A DNA stretch of 63,473 nt from the IMG/VR virus record IMGVR_UViG_3300049811_000819, positions 1-63,473 of that record, one strand, 5' to 3'. The DNA is from a virus (Duplodnaviria > Caudoviricetes). The position numbers and the translations under genes are program-made. Shown here in pieces: positions 53,653-62,269 of this stretch (position 1 is the stretch's first letter; the number at the start of each line of letters is the position of its first letter). The notes beneath the pieces were generated by a model that ran no database searches, was not told where the DNA came from, and saw only the letters and a program-made list of their open reading frames with translations.

Positions 53653-55998
53653 TTACCCCCGAGGTGAGGAAAATAGGAAGTCATTACCAGGCATAAAGTT
53701 CCCAAAAGTAGGAATACCGCCAAAGTTATTCGTATTTACCCAGAGCGTTCGGCACGTCTCGTAAGTACGATCACATCCTGCCGTGAGTCGCACTGAATCG
53801 TGAGTAGCGATCGAGTCGGCCGCCCCAGTAAACAACTCGATCCGTGTGGTTCCCGCAAAGGGAAAAAATTGGGACGTATAAATTGCGTAGGATGCGTTTT
53901 TGTTCTTGCCATCGAGGAATCTGAGCGTTCCCCACGCAAGGTCATTAAAAACTCCGTAAACCTCGACAATACGACGATCAGCGGCACTTTTGATAGAAGT
54001 TGTGTAAGTTGGGACGCTTTTCTGGCACCCCGTCCCGTCACCGTTGTCCTGCCCAAAAAACCACTGGCACAGGGGTGTTACTTTCTCGTCTCGTGATTGC
54101 CGGAGCTTGATACTGGCTTCAGTAAGATTTTCGAGGGTGTAGGTTTCGCCGCTTTTCGAGTTAATTTCCCCGACAAAGCCAATTTGTACCCGCTCGTCAG
54201 GCAAATCTAAGAGCGAGTCGGGAAGATTTCGCCAATCTATAATCGCCGTGATGATCTTGGCCTCTTGGAAACGGGGCGAAAGAATTAGCGGCTCGGTTAG
54301 GTCGTCAATGAATGCACCCCGAAACTCTTCGTTATCTGAATTTAATCCGATAGAGCGATCGAGCGCAGTCGGGTCAAGTGCGCGACGGGACTGATACGTC
54401 ACCCCGTCGATCCTAATATCCCGCGAGTGATTGGTATATCCAAGCTTTTCCCCGTCCGTGAGTTCGATTAGGATAGCTCTACAAAGCGTCAAAACGGGAT
54501 CGGAGAAATCCCCACCTGTTCCCCCATCCCCTCGAATTCCGTCCGTAAAGCGTCGGATTTGGAGTTCTCCTAGTGAATAGACTCTTTGATTAGTTTGGTT
54601 GGAATAATTGAGGGATTTTGAGTTAAATCGAGAGATAACGTTCCCACCGTTCAGGAGATCGGGGAATCGAAAAGTTGCGCCGGTTCCCTTGTGGGAAAGC
54701 CACAAGCAAATTAAATACTCTAGCTCGTTCTGACGCAAGTTTTTTCGTTGCTGTAGAGAATTAGTATCGGCCGCTTTTTGCCGGCGAGCGAACCGTTTCC
54801 GCTCGCCACTGGAAAGCTCGATGATGCTGCTCTGAAATTCGGGGGATAGTGTCGAGGCTTTGTAAAGATTGAGCCTGAATTCGTGAGTAGTGCCGTTCTC
54901 GAATACTTCGATAGGAACAATTGCTGGTTCGATTCTTGACTCACGCAGAACGAGCGAGGGTATCTCGAATACGCCTTGTACCTTAACTGGGTTCCCGTCA
55001 ATAACTTTGACAAGCGGCCGATAGTCAAGGCGATCAGACTCAAACGAACAGAGAATCTTAAAAGTCCCTTCCCATGTCAAAATTCCCGTAGTAGGCGGAC
55101 TGTCGAAAACTACTCGATCAGGAGCTAGAACGTAGCCTGTTAGCTCAGTGTCGCCCTGATAGATTTTCAGCCCAGTATCGGGGAACAAGATCGGGCGATA
55201 GTGAGTGTTTCCCCCGCACGAGTAAGCTTTAGTCAGAATAAACTCGGTTAAAATCCCGTCAGCGCCAGGATAAAGAACGCCTTGTGATGTTGCTCCGTTG
55301 CCAAGGTCTATCTGGTTTCTCGTAGCTTGATCGTCTGATATGTCCTGATAGAGAAAATCTCCCTTTGCTCCTTGCCTTGCTTCGTGGAAATCCAGAAGAC
55401 TATCAAGGTCGTCGGTTCGCAGAGCAGACCGGGAGAGATTGAAGATACGGATCGGGTCTGCCCACTCTACGATCCTCTGTTCGGCATCACCAGTGTTGTC
55501 GTATTCGTAATTCTGAAACTGGATTTCTACACTAAAATCTTTGTCAGGCAGGATTGGAAAATTGGGAAAATCTACGGGGTAGGGACTTGTCGGTTTATGG
55601 GTTGGTTCGACAATTTCCACAATATCGACTATTTCTACATCAAAAGCTGCCAAGCCAAACCCGGCTCCAGACCCCTGAGTAAACCAGTTGGCAGAACCTC
55701 TATTCAGTCCACTAGCGTTAAATCCTACTCCAATTACACCAGTAAAGCGATCGCTGTACTGGGAATCAGAAATAACCCAAATATTTTGTTTTTGCCCGTA
55801 TTTACTAGCTAAAGCCCAGAACTGACTTTGTGTAGAACCGTTTGAAGTGCCGTCAGTATTCTCTATAATTAGCTTGGGATTCTTGTCCCATGAAATGGGC
55901 TGAATAGTACGCCACACCGCAGGGCTACTACTGCCGCCAAATATCCCTTGACTTCTGCAAGTTCCAAAGACGTGATAATAAATACCGGGTACCGACAT
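53653..55998 (-). CDS. Fused tail-tip protein: DUF2460-like x2 plus DUF2163-like (GTA gp12/gp13-like)
   Basis: EQR..W...FHEARQG..F.Y.D; second SGERKR...FRFPD..RF; LGYTNHSRDI; AGCDRTYETC...NFGGIP..PG. Confidence 0.82.
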   Translation of the reverse strand: MSVPGIYYHVFGTCRSQGIFGGSSSPAVWRTIQPISWDKNPKLIIENTDGTSNGSTQSQFWALASKYGQKQNIWVISDSQYSDRFTGVIGVGFNASGLNRGSANWFTQGSGAGFGLAAFDVEIVDIVEIVEPTHKPTSPYPVDFPNFPILPDKDFSVEIQFQNYEYDNTGDAEQRIVEWADPIRIFNLSRSALRTDDLDSLLDFHEARQGAKGDFLYQDISDDQATRNQIDLGNGATSQGVLYPGADGILTEFILTKAYSCGGNTHYRPILFPDTGLKIYQGDTELTGYVLAPDRVVFDSPPTTGILTWEGTFKILCSFESDRLDYRPLVKVIDGNPVKVQGVFEIPSLVLRESRIEPAIVPIEVFENGTTHEFRLNLYKASTLSPEFQSSIIELSSGERKRFARRQKAADTNSLQQRKNLRQNELEYLICLWLSHKGTGATFRFPDLLNGGNVISRFNSKSLNYSNQTNQRVYSLGELQIRRFTDGIRGDGGTGGDFSDPVLTLCRAILIELTDGEKLGYTNHSRDIRIDGVTYQSRRALDPTALDRSIGLNSDNEEFRGAFIDDLTEPLILSPRFQEAKIITAIIDWRNLPDSLLDLPDERVQIGFVGEINSKSGETYTLENLTEASIKLRQSRDEKVTPLCQWFFGQDNGDGTGCQKSVPTYTTSIKSAADRRIVEVYGVFNDLAWGTLRFLDGKNKNASYAIYTSQFFPFAGTTRIELFTGAADSIATHDSVRLTAGCDRTYETCRTLWVNTNNFGGIPTFGNFMPGNDFLFSSPRG

Positions 55999-56132
55999 AC
56001 TTTTTCTGCCTTTCAGTAATTACAAGGAAAGTTTTCTTAAGGATTTTTTTACAATTAGGGATATCTAGGTTTTTAATAAAAAGTCTAGACCGCATAATGT
56101 AAATGTCGAGCCTAGACACGGATTAATTTCAC

Positions 56133-56294
56133 ATGAAAACTATTTTAGCATCTGTTTTACTCTTTTCTGCTTTTACTGCCCCTGTTTTTGCAACTCCCGA
56201 AGCTAACGGTAAAGAAACTATCACTAACGAAGCTTCTGGATTGTGCTTACCAGGGCGACTTCGTTGCTCTAGCGAGGGTAGTCCCCGTTTTTAA
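56133..56294 (+). CDS. 53-aa secreted peptide (not in the ORF track)
   Basis: MKTILASVLLFSAFTAPVFA signal peptide; mature part TPEANG...CLPGRLRCSSEGSPRF; has its own terminator. Confidence 0.78.
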   Translation: MKTILASVLLFSAFTAPVFATPEANGKETITNEASGLCLPGRLRCSSEGSPRF

Positions 56295-56341
56295 TTTTGT
56301 TTTTCTGGTTCCTAGTTTCCTTGGATGGTGATATAGTCTAG

Positions 56342-56367
56342 AAAGCGAGTATAATACTCGCTTTTTT
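56342..56367 (+). terminator. Intrinsic terminator
   Basis: AAAGCGAGTA-taa-TACTCGCTTTTTT. Confidence 0.8.
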
Positions 56368-56462
56368 GTTTTTTAAAAGGATTGACACCCATGGGTATTG
56401 TTGGATGTTTTAAACTTTTTTGGGCTTTGATTAAAGAATCTCCTTTGTGGTTTCAGGTGTTT

Positions 56463-56672
56463 CTATTTAACCTGCAAGTCTATGTCATCGCAGGGCTTTT
56501 CTTCTGGGGAGTCTTCAAGATTGCCGTATTCTTTTTTCATTTGATTTTTAATTAATTCTTCCAGCACAGAAGTAATACTCCGAGTACCTTTGTGACTCCT
56601 GAGCCACTCCAAACACTCTGGGGCAATTCGTGCCGAAAATGGGACTCGATCTATTTTTCTATGCTGTTTCAT
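56463..56672 (-). CDS. Ribbon-helix-helix-like DNA-binding protein
   Basis: VPFSARIAPECLEWL...SITSVLEELI. Confidence 0.6.
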   Translation of the reverse strand: MKQHRKIDRVPFSARIAPECLEWLRSHKGTRSITSVLEELIKNQMKKEYGNLEDSPEEKPCDDIDLQVK

Positions 56673-56898
56673 TATAATAATTCCGTTCGCTACATTCTAA
56701 ACAAGGAATAGACGGATTGACAGCACACTTTAAAACAGGTTCCTTGGAAAAGTAAGGACAGTTGAACATTTTTAGCTGTTCTTCTGTTGATAATTTTCCC
56801 CATGTTGTAGGCTCAGGATTGTTATTAGACTTAAAAATACTTACTAAAAACATTGCCGTTAGGTAGCCGATGTGAAATAGACCATGGAGTAGTTTCAT
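56659..56898 (-). CDS. Small Cys-rich protein with an N-terminal hydrophobic segment
   Basis: CPYF...LKCAVNP..PC..C. Confidence 0.6.
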   Translation of the reverse strand: MKLLHGLFHIGYLTAMFLVSIFKSNNNPEPTTWGKLSTEEQLKMFNCPYFSKEPVLKCAVNPSIPCLECSERNYYNETA

Positions 56899-57046
56899 AT
56901 TTAATTACTTGTTCTAAGTTTAATTACTTGTTCTAAGGTTTCTATCGCCTCATCGAGACCAGAAGCGGGTACTTGCTTAACCAATCCAATAAGCTTTAGG
57001 AACTTTTGGATGTTAGGGTGATTGATGTCTTGGTTTTGAAATTTCA

Positions 57047-57961
57047 TTAAGTCAATCCTTGCGTCCATACTCTCATTAAAATTCTCTCACTGCCAAATTC
57101 TCCTACGCATATCCAGAATTGATTGTTACTACCATCAGGATCAGTACCTGTATTGCGATAAATCTGACCAACAGGAATAGCAAGAGATGTTTTTAATAGG
57201 TTTGATGCTACACCAATTGCACGATTAGGACTAGCATCATCTCTAATTACTAAATCGGTTGTGTTTGCTCCTGGTGTTGAGGTTTGACAAGTAATCGAAT
57301 AGTTAGCGATAGAATCAGCACTTGAAGCTGTAGGCACCCTTAAAGCTGTTCTTGTGTTGCTGTTTATTGACGCTATTCTAGCTCCCGTGCGAAATGTATT
57401 GGTTTCGCCCAAAATAAGATAAACAAAATTTAAAGGAGCAAAACTACCAGAATACAACGGATTCTTTAACCAACCATAATAAAAAAAACGGTAGCTACTA
57501 CTATTAAAAGTGTTTCCGTTCCTTCCGATAGAAAACATTGCTAAAGATTCAGTGTTTAAACACCAATATTGTAATTGGGTTGAATCTGGAATATCAAAAA
57601 ACCAGGACTGATTGGCGGCTGGTGAGTTATAACTAACTGTCGCAACCTCTTGACTACTAGCAGTATTACTAGAAGAAAGACTGCTTCCTATTCTAAACCT
57701 ATTCCCAGTAGTAGAAGGGTTATTATTACTACCAATTAAAGCAGGTCTGGCTATAGTTTCCGATAGAGATGGGAGTAATAAGCCCATGGTGTTACTAGAA
57801 GAAATAACCGCACAGGTTTGTCCCAAGCTTGTGTTTATCCAATCACGCAAAGTAGTTTGAGAAATATTTTCGGCACGAGAGTCATTAACAAATAAATTAC
57901 TTCGCCATCCAAAATAATAATTCCCTACATTGTCTTGATTAGTTAAATTAGGTGTACTCAT
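57047..57961 (-). CDS. Putative tail fibre/receptor-binding protein
   Basis: Ser/Asn/Thr-rich, beta-type; in an operon with the fibre gene. Confidence 0.55.
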   Translation of the reverse strand: MSTPNLTNQDNVGNYYFGWRSNLFVNDSRAENISQTTLRDWINTSLGQTCAVISSSNTMGLLLPSLSETIARPALIGSNNNPSTTGNRFRIGSSLSSSNTASSQEVATVSYNSPAANQSWFFDIPDSTQLQYWCLNTESLAMFSIGRNGNTFNSSSYRFFYYGWLKNPLYSGSFAPLNFVYLILGETNTFRTGARIASINSNTRTALRVPTASSADSIANYSITCQTSTPGANTTDLVIRDDASPNRAIGVASNLLKTSLAIPVGQIYRNTGTDPDGSNNQFWICVGEFGSERILMRVWTQGLT

Positions 57962-58203
57962 GGTGTTCTGTCAAATTGATTAATATCTTGTGAACAATAG
58001 AGAAAAGTACCGTCACTTGCAGATGTAGCCGGTCGCCAATTATCTATTTGTGAATTAGCTAATTGGCAATAGAGAAAAGTACCGTCACTTGCAGATGTAG
58101 CCGGTCGCCAATTATCTATTTGTGAATTAGCTAATTGGCAATATAAGAAAGTTCCATCAGCAGGGATTCCTTGATCTCCCCATAGAACTAAGTGAGAAAA
58201 CAT
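57958..58203 (-). CDS. Small repeat protein (DGTFLYC x3)
   Basis: Translationally coupled on both sides; 24-aa repeat. Confidence 0.65.
   Translation of the reverse strand: MFSHLVLWGDQGIPADGTFLYCQLANSQIDNWRPATSASDGTFLYCQLANSQIDNWRPATSASDGTFLYCSQDINQFDRTP
57995..58143. repeat. 72-bp perfect tandem repeat, two copies plus a degenerate third start
   Basis: Units begin CAATAGAGAAAAGTACC at 57995 and 58067. Confidence 0.92.
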
Positions 58204-59168
58204 TAAATATAGCCTCTAGAAACTGAGCCAAAAAGATTTGTCCCGTCGCTAACAAAACTAAATATATCAACAGCATTAGGTGATGTTGATAATATAGGAG
58301 TTAGCGAAAATTTATAAGCAGAATTAAACGTTAATGTTCTGTTTCCTGTGCTATCTTGTTTAACAATCAAAATATAAGTTCCTCCTGCCTGAATATTAGT
58401 AGGGGCGGCTAAAGTTCTGTTACCTCCAAGTGTTACAGTAGCTACTTGCTGAGTATTTAAATTCCAGTTAATGGTTGCTCCATCGGTTAAACTAGCAAGG
58501 GGAAATCTTTGCTGTCTGGTGAAATCGTTGACGGCAGAAATTCTAGCTCGATCACTAATTTGTGCCTGTAGTTTTTGCAAGGCTGTCAACAAAGTATCGG
58601 TAGCAGCAATTGCTGTATTAGTGCCTGTAGTCAAGCCTGTTAAAACAGTTGCTCTAACCTTGTCAAAGAAATCAAAAAATCCTTTATCCCCTGATTCTTT
58701 TCCGTAAAAAGTGTCGTCAGCAGGATCGCCAGCGATACTTTCTGCTGCGTCAACAATGCCATCGTTGTCTGTGTCGTAAACTGAGCGATTCATGTCACCG
58801 ATGGCAGCGACCCATGCAGTCCCATCAAATACAAGGTCTGAGCCAGAAAGGAGCGACACTTTTAGCCCTGCAAAAGGTGCGTAAAATTTCCACGATCCTG
58901 ATACAGGTTGTCCGTTTGCACTGATTACTGGGCAAGCGATCTGGTTAGTTTTTCCTGCCCATGCACCTGATGCGCCCGTGGGAACAAGGTAAAAAGAATC
59001 GGGAGTTAGTCCGCTTGTCGGGGGCGTAGTTAAGGTTCGAGAAATAATCGGAGCGCGTCCAACGCTCACAAGACGGAATAACTCGTTAGCGACTTGCTCC
59101 TTAAATTCTTGGGAAGAATTTAGTAAAAGCCCGTTATCTCCCAGTATTCTCGCTGTAGTCATCTCCAA
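58203..59168 (-). CDS. Tail fibre-like protein with an N-terminal DUF2793-like domain
   Basis: YLVPTGASGAWAGK.NQIA...WKF; GDM..SVYDTDNDG; TL.GNRTL, QDSTGNRTL. Confidence 0.8.
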   Translation of the reverse strand: MEMTTARILGDNGLLLNSSQEFKEQVANELFRLVSVGRAPIISRTLTTPPTSGLTPDSFYLVPTGASGAWAGKTNQIACPVISANGQPVSGSWKFYAPFAGLKVSLLSGSDLVFDGTAWVAAIGDMNRSVYDTDNDGIVDAAESIAGDPADDTFYGKESGDKGFFDFFDKVRATVLTGLTTGTNTAIAATDTLLTALQKLQAQISDRARISAVNDFTRQQRFPLASLTDGATINWNLNTQQVATVTLGGNRTLAAPTNIQAGGTYILIVKQDSTGNRTLTFNSAYKFSLTPILSTSPNAVDIFSFVSDGTNLFGSVSRGYI

Positions 59169-60957
59169 ACTCCTCGCGCATACACTTTTCTATCCAATCG
59201 GGATTACTACAGCAACGGTTCAAGTAATCCTGATAACTTTTCACGTCATCTTTAGTATAATTCGATCCGAACACTGCGTATAATTTCCAGAATGTTTTAG
59301 GCCACCATTGAGACAGCTTATAGATCCTGACGATTTCATATCGCGCCCATTCTGGTTTTTTGTTCTTATTGTACGCTTCTCGCCTTGCCTGCCGATAAGC
59401 GTAGTACAGTTTTTTGTCTTCGTCTGGAAGTATTTGCTGAAGCTTTTCGTTGGCGATCCGTTTTTCTGTTTTTCCAGAAACAAACTCGAATCCACACCCT
59501 GGACAGATACGAGCGGAGGCGTGAACTATACATCCACAATTCTCGCATTCCTTGATAGGAGCCTCACCTTTTTCAAGGTTACTAGAATTTCTTAGCGCAG
59601 GATAGGTCACGTCCTCGATAAACCCGTGTCGTTTGACATTGCCTGCCTGATCTAGGACAAGGCAATCGGTTTTTTTAAGCCGTGGGCAAAGTCGCTGGCC
59701 GCGCCCTGTCATCTGAATATAAAGCGTGACGCTTTTAGTTGGGCGGGAATGAATAATACAGCTAATTTCAGGTAGATTAAAGCCGATTCCGCAAGTATTA
59801 ATGTTTATAATCCCTCGTGTTTTTAGTTCTGCTACACTTTTAAAAATCTCCCGTCTTTCCTCGGATGGGGTTTCGGCGGTAATCACAGAGACAGGGATTC
59901 CCTGATCAGTAAATTCTTTCGCAAGCGAGGCGGCGTGAACTTTTCCTGCTGCAAAACAAACAAACTGACGATTTTGCCCAAGCCGCTTGTATTCCGAGAC
60001 AATCGACTGTACCGCCTCTAAGCATCGGGTTTCTAGTTCTGCTGCATCAAAATCGCCACCTGTGCTTTTAACTCCTTTTGTGTCGATCTGGTCTTTTGTA
60101 GAGAAATAAACGCATCCTACGAGCGCGCCGCGTTCGATCATCTCTTTCGGGGTCGGGCCGGTTACTTGTGTCTCGAAAATGTCTCCTAGTTCTTCGCGCT
60201 TTGATAATCGCCATGGGGTCGCTGTTAGTCCGATGACGATTCGATTATCCGATGATAGTTTTTTCCCTGCGAATAAATGTTCTTGTTTCCGCAAAATTTC
60301 CCACGCAGAATTTAATTCTTGCATCTTCTCTTTACTTCCCCCGTGATCGGGGGGATGGAGAAGCGCAAGAGATTTATATTTTTGCTTTGCCTCCTCAAAA
60401 GTGACTCGATACTCAAATTCTAAGTCTTCTCTTTCGACAGCGATCCCTAAAGTAGCTAATTCGCTAGAAATCTCTTTTATCGAGGTTGTCTGTTTTCCAC
60501 CTTTAAGATTGTTGAAATTGCCTCGAAACCACTGACAATATCCAGACAAATGTACCTCGTCAAGCAGAATAACTTCGGGATTGAACCACGAAATATCTCG
60601 CCTTGCTAAGGTTTGAGTTGTGGCAATCTGTACTTTTTGTAGGCGGTCTTCTTTGTATTCCCCAGCGATTACTCCTGCGGTTAATCCGAATTTTTTAAGT
60701 ACCTCTATGGTCTGGTCGATTAAACAGGTAAACGGCACAACAATTAAAGTACGGCGTTGTCTTTTAATTGCTGCATCATAGATGATTTGGCAGAATAAAA
60801 TAGTTTTTCCGTATGAGCAAGGTGCAATAACTAGAACTCGCTTAAATCCTGCTTTAAGCTGATCATAAATCTCTTTTTTAAGAGCTTTTTGATCAGGGCG
60901 AAGTTGAATTGTCGGAGTTGGGATTACAGGAGTTTCTTTAAGTAGTGCTAGAGCCAT
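59134..60957 (-). CDS. SF2 DEAD/DEAH-box helicase with a J-domain-like insertion and a zinc ribbon
   Basis: APCSYGKT, DEVH, TATP, QMTGRGQR, CENC..CPGCG; likely start is ATG 60957. Confidence 0.92.
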   Translation of the reverse strand: MALALLKETPVIPTPTIQLRPDQKALKKEIYDQLKAGFKRVLVIAPCSYGKTILFCQIIYDAAIKRQRRTLIVVPFTCLIDQTIEVLKKFGLTAGVIAGEYKEDRLQKVQIATTQTLARRDISWFNPEVILLDEVHLSGYCQWFRGNFNNLKGGKQTTSIKEISSELATLGIAVEREDLEFEYRVTFEEAKQKYKSLALLHPPDHGGSKEKMQELNSAWEILRKQEHLFAGKKLSSDNRIVIGLTATPWRLSKREELGDIFETQVTGPTPKEMIERGALVGCVYFSTKDQIDTKGVKSTGGDFDAAELETRCLEAVQSIVSEYKRLGQNRQFVCFAAGKVHAASLAKEFTDQGIPVSVITAETPSEERREIFKSVAELKTRGIININTCGIGFNLPEISCIIHSRPTKSVTLYIQMTGRGQRLCPRLKKTDCLVLDQAGNVKRHGFIEDVTYPALRNSSNLEKGEAPIKECENCGCIVHASARICPGCGFEFVSGKTEKRIANEKLQQILPDEDKKLYYAYRQARREAYNKNKKPEWARYEIVRIYKLSQWWPKTFWKLYAVFGSNYTKDDVKSYQDYLNRCCSNPDWIEKCMREEFGDDYSENTGR

Positions 60958-60993
60958 GTTTTTTCTCTCCTTGTTTTTTTTTTGTGAAAGCAA

Positions 60994-61419
60994 TTAGCAA
61001 TTTCTATTAAGATTAGAATCTAGCCACAACTTTTCTAAGCTTTTGGTCTCCCATTTTTCAAAACCGTAGGGATAACCCATTAACTCTAGCAAGGAGGAGA
61101 GATTATTCCAACGAGCATAAAGAGGAGATGCAATTATTGCTTTTTTTACGGCTTTTTGGGGTAGCTGAAGATATACTTTTAATTGTCTAGGGTCATCGCA
61201 AAATTTACGCCCGTTCCAGAATTGCTTGACTTGCGAATCTTCTACTGATACTATGCCATACAATTTTTGCAAGATAGTATCAGGACAACGTACTGACAAG
61301 CCTTGAAAGCTTGCTAGTATTTCTTCTATTGACTGATTCAATGACTGATTTTTTGATTCAGCAAAAGACTTTAGATGCTGAATCAAATCATTGTTTAGGT
61401 AAATTTCGATTTTTTCCAT
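60994..61419 (-). CDS. Hypothetical protein with an RHH-like N-terminus
   Basis: IEIYL...LKSFAESKNQSLNQSIEEIL. Confidence 0.55.
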   Translation of the reverse strand: MEKIEIYLNNDLIQHLKSFAESKNQSLNQSIEEILASFQGLSVRCPDTILQKLYGIVSVEDSQVKQFWNGRKFCDDPRQLKVYLQLPQKAVKKAIIASPLYARWNNLSSLLELMGYPYGFEKWETKSLEKLWLDSNLNRNC

Positions 61420-61568
61420 GTCACTTACAGAAAAACTTCAAACAACATATCGTGATATATTTTGGCTAAAAACATATCTTTTTCTGTTATTAAAAGATGC
61501 CAATTTTTTATTGACAACCAAAAAAGTTTCCAACCAAAAAACCAATACTTTAGTTTAATCATTATCTT

Positions 61569-61838
61569 TCATTTACTTTTTACTTCTTCTTGCAGTGCGA
61601 TTGCGCTATGAATTGACAAAGGTATATCGTTGTCTAACAGTTCGAGGGTTTTGTCGTCTTCCTTGACGTTTGTTCGTGCGTCAAGTAAGCTGTTTTGATA
61701 TTTACCTGTTAGCTTGATTTGCAAAAGGCTTCTTTTTCCTACTGGCGATATGGATTCTATCTCTCCTGCTAAAAATAAAGGGCTAACATCGTATAACAGG
61801 ACTTTATCGCCGCACTTTAGGTCTTTTACTGTTTTCAT
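61569..61838 (-). CDS. Hypothetical protein
   Basis: MKTVKDLKCGDKV; ATGA coupling to the upstream small ORF. Confidence 0.55.
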   Translation of the reverse strand: MKTVKDLKCGDKVLLYDVSPLFLAGEIESISPVGKRSLLQIKLTGKYQNSLLDARTNVKEDDKTLELLDNDIPLSIHSAIALQEEVKSK

Positions 61839-61993
61839 AGTTTTCTCCATTCCTTTAAATTGGCTTTGCAAGTTAACAGATGGGCTTTAAATCGTTCAAC
61901 GGACTCTCTTTCTTCGATTTGCTTAACAATTCCTTTGGAGTTTTCGGGATCGTGTTCGCTTACGGCTTTCCAAGAAATAGCTTTTTCTCTCAT
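61835..61993 (-). CDS. Small hypothetical protein (52 aa, not in the ORF track)
   Basis: MREKAISWK...EWRKL; AAGG SD; coupled to the next gene. Confidence 0.5.
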   Translation of the reverse strand: MREKAISWKAVSEHDPENSKGIVKQIEERESVERFKAHLLTCKANLKEWRKL

Positions 61994-62002
61994 GCTGTCA
62001 CC

Positions 62003-62209
62003 TTACTTTTTAGCTGACTTTAACTTGACTGGGAGCATTCCATGCTTTTTTAGCTGTGCATTTATCTCGTTGATTTTGTTAGTCAAAATTTCTCTTTTGA
62101 GTTTGCCTGTTGGATCAATAGTTCCTGTTGCCTTAGAGTGCAATTGTCCTTTATACCAACAAGCTAAAGAGACGAGGGTTTGTCCGTTTTCGTGCAACAA
62201 AGGGTTCAT
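62003..62209 (-). CDS. Hypothetical protein
   Basis: First gene after promoter copy 6; AAGGA SD. Confidence 0.6.
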   Translation of the reverse strand: MNPLLHENGQTLVSLACWYKGQLHSKATGTIDPTGKLKREILTNKINEINAQLKKHGMLPVKLKSAKK

Positions 62210-62239
62210 CCGATATTCCTTGTTTTTGTCGTTGATTGA

Positions 62240-62269
62240 ATCATATCAATTCTTTCTTGAATTGTCAAG
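62240..62269 (-). promoter_or_regulatory. Promoter/operator copy 6
   Basis: TTGACA-17-TATGAT; CTTGA-CAAT-TCAAG; overlaps the stop codon of the CoiA-like gene. Confidence 0.82.

Noticed and set aside
57995-58143. Possible CRISPR array or DGR template/variable repeat
   Set aside because: The units are contiguous, identical and in frame, with no spacers or adenine-specific differences; no cas or reverse transcriptase gene is in the window.
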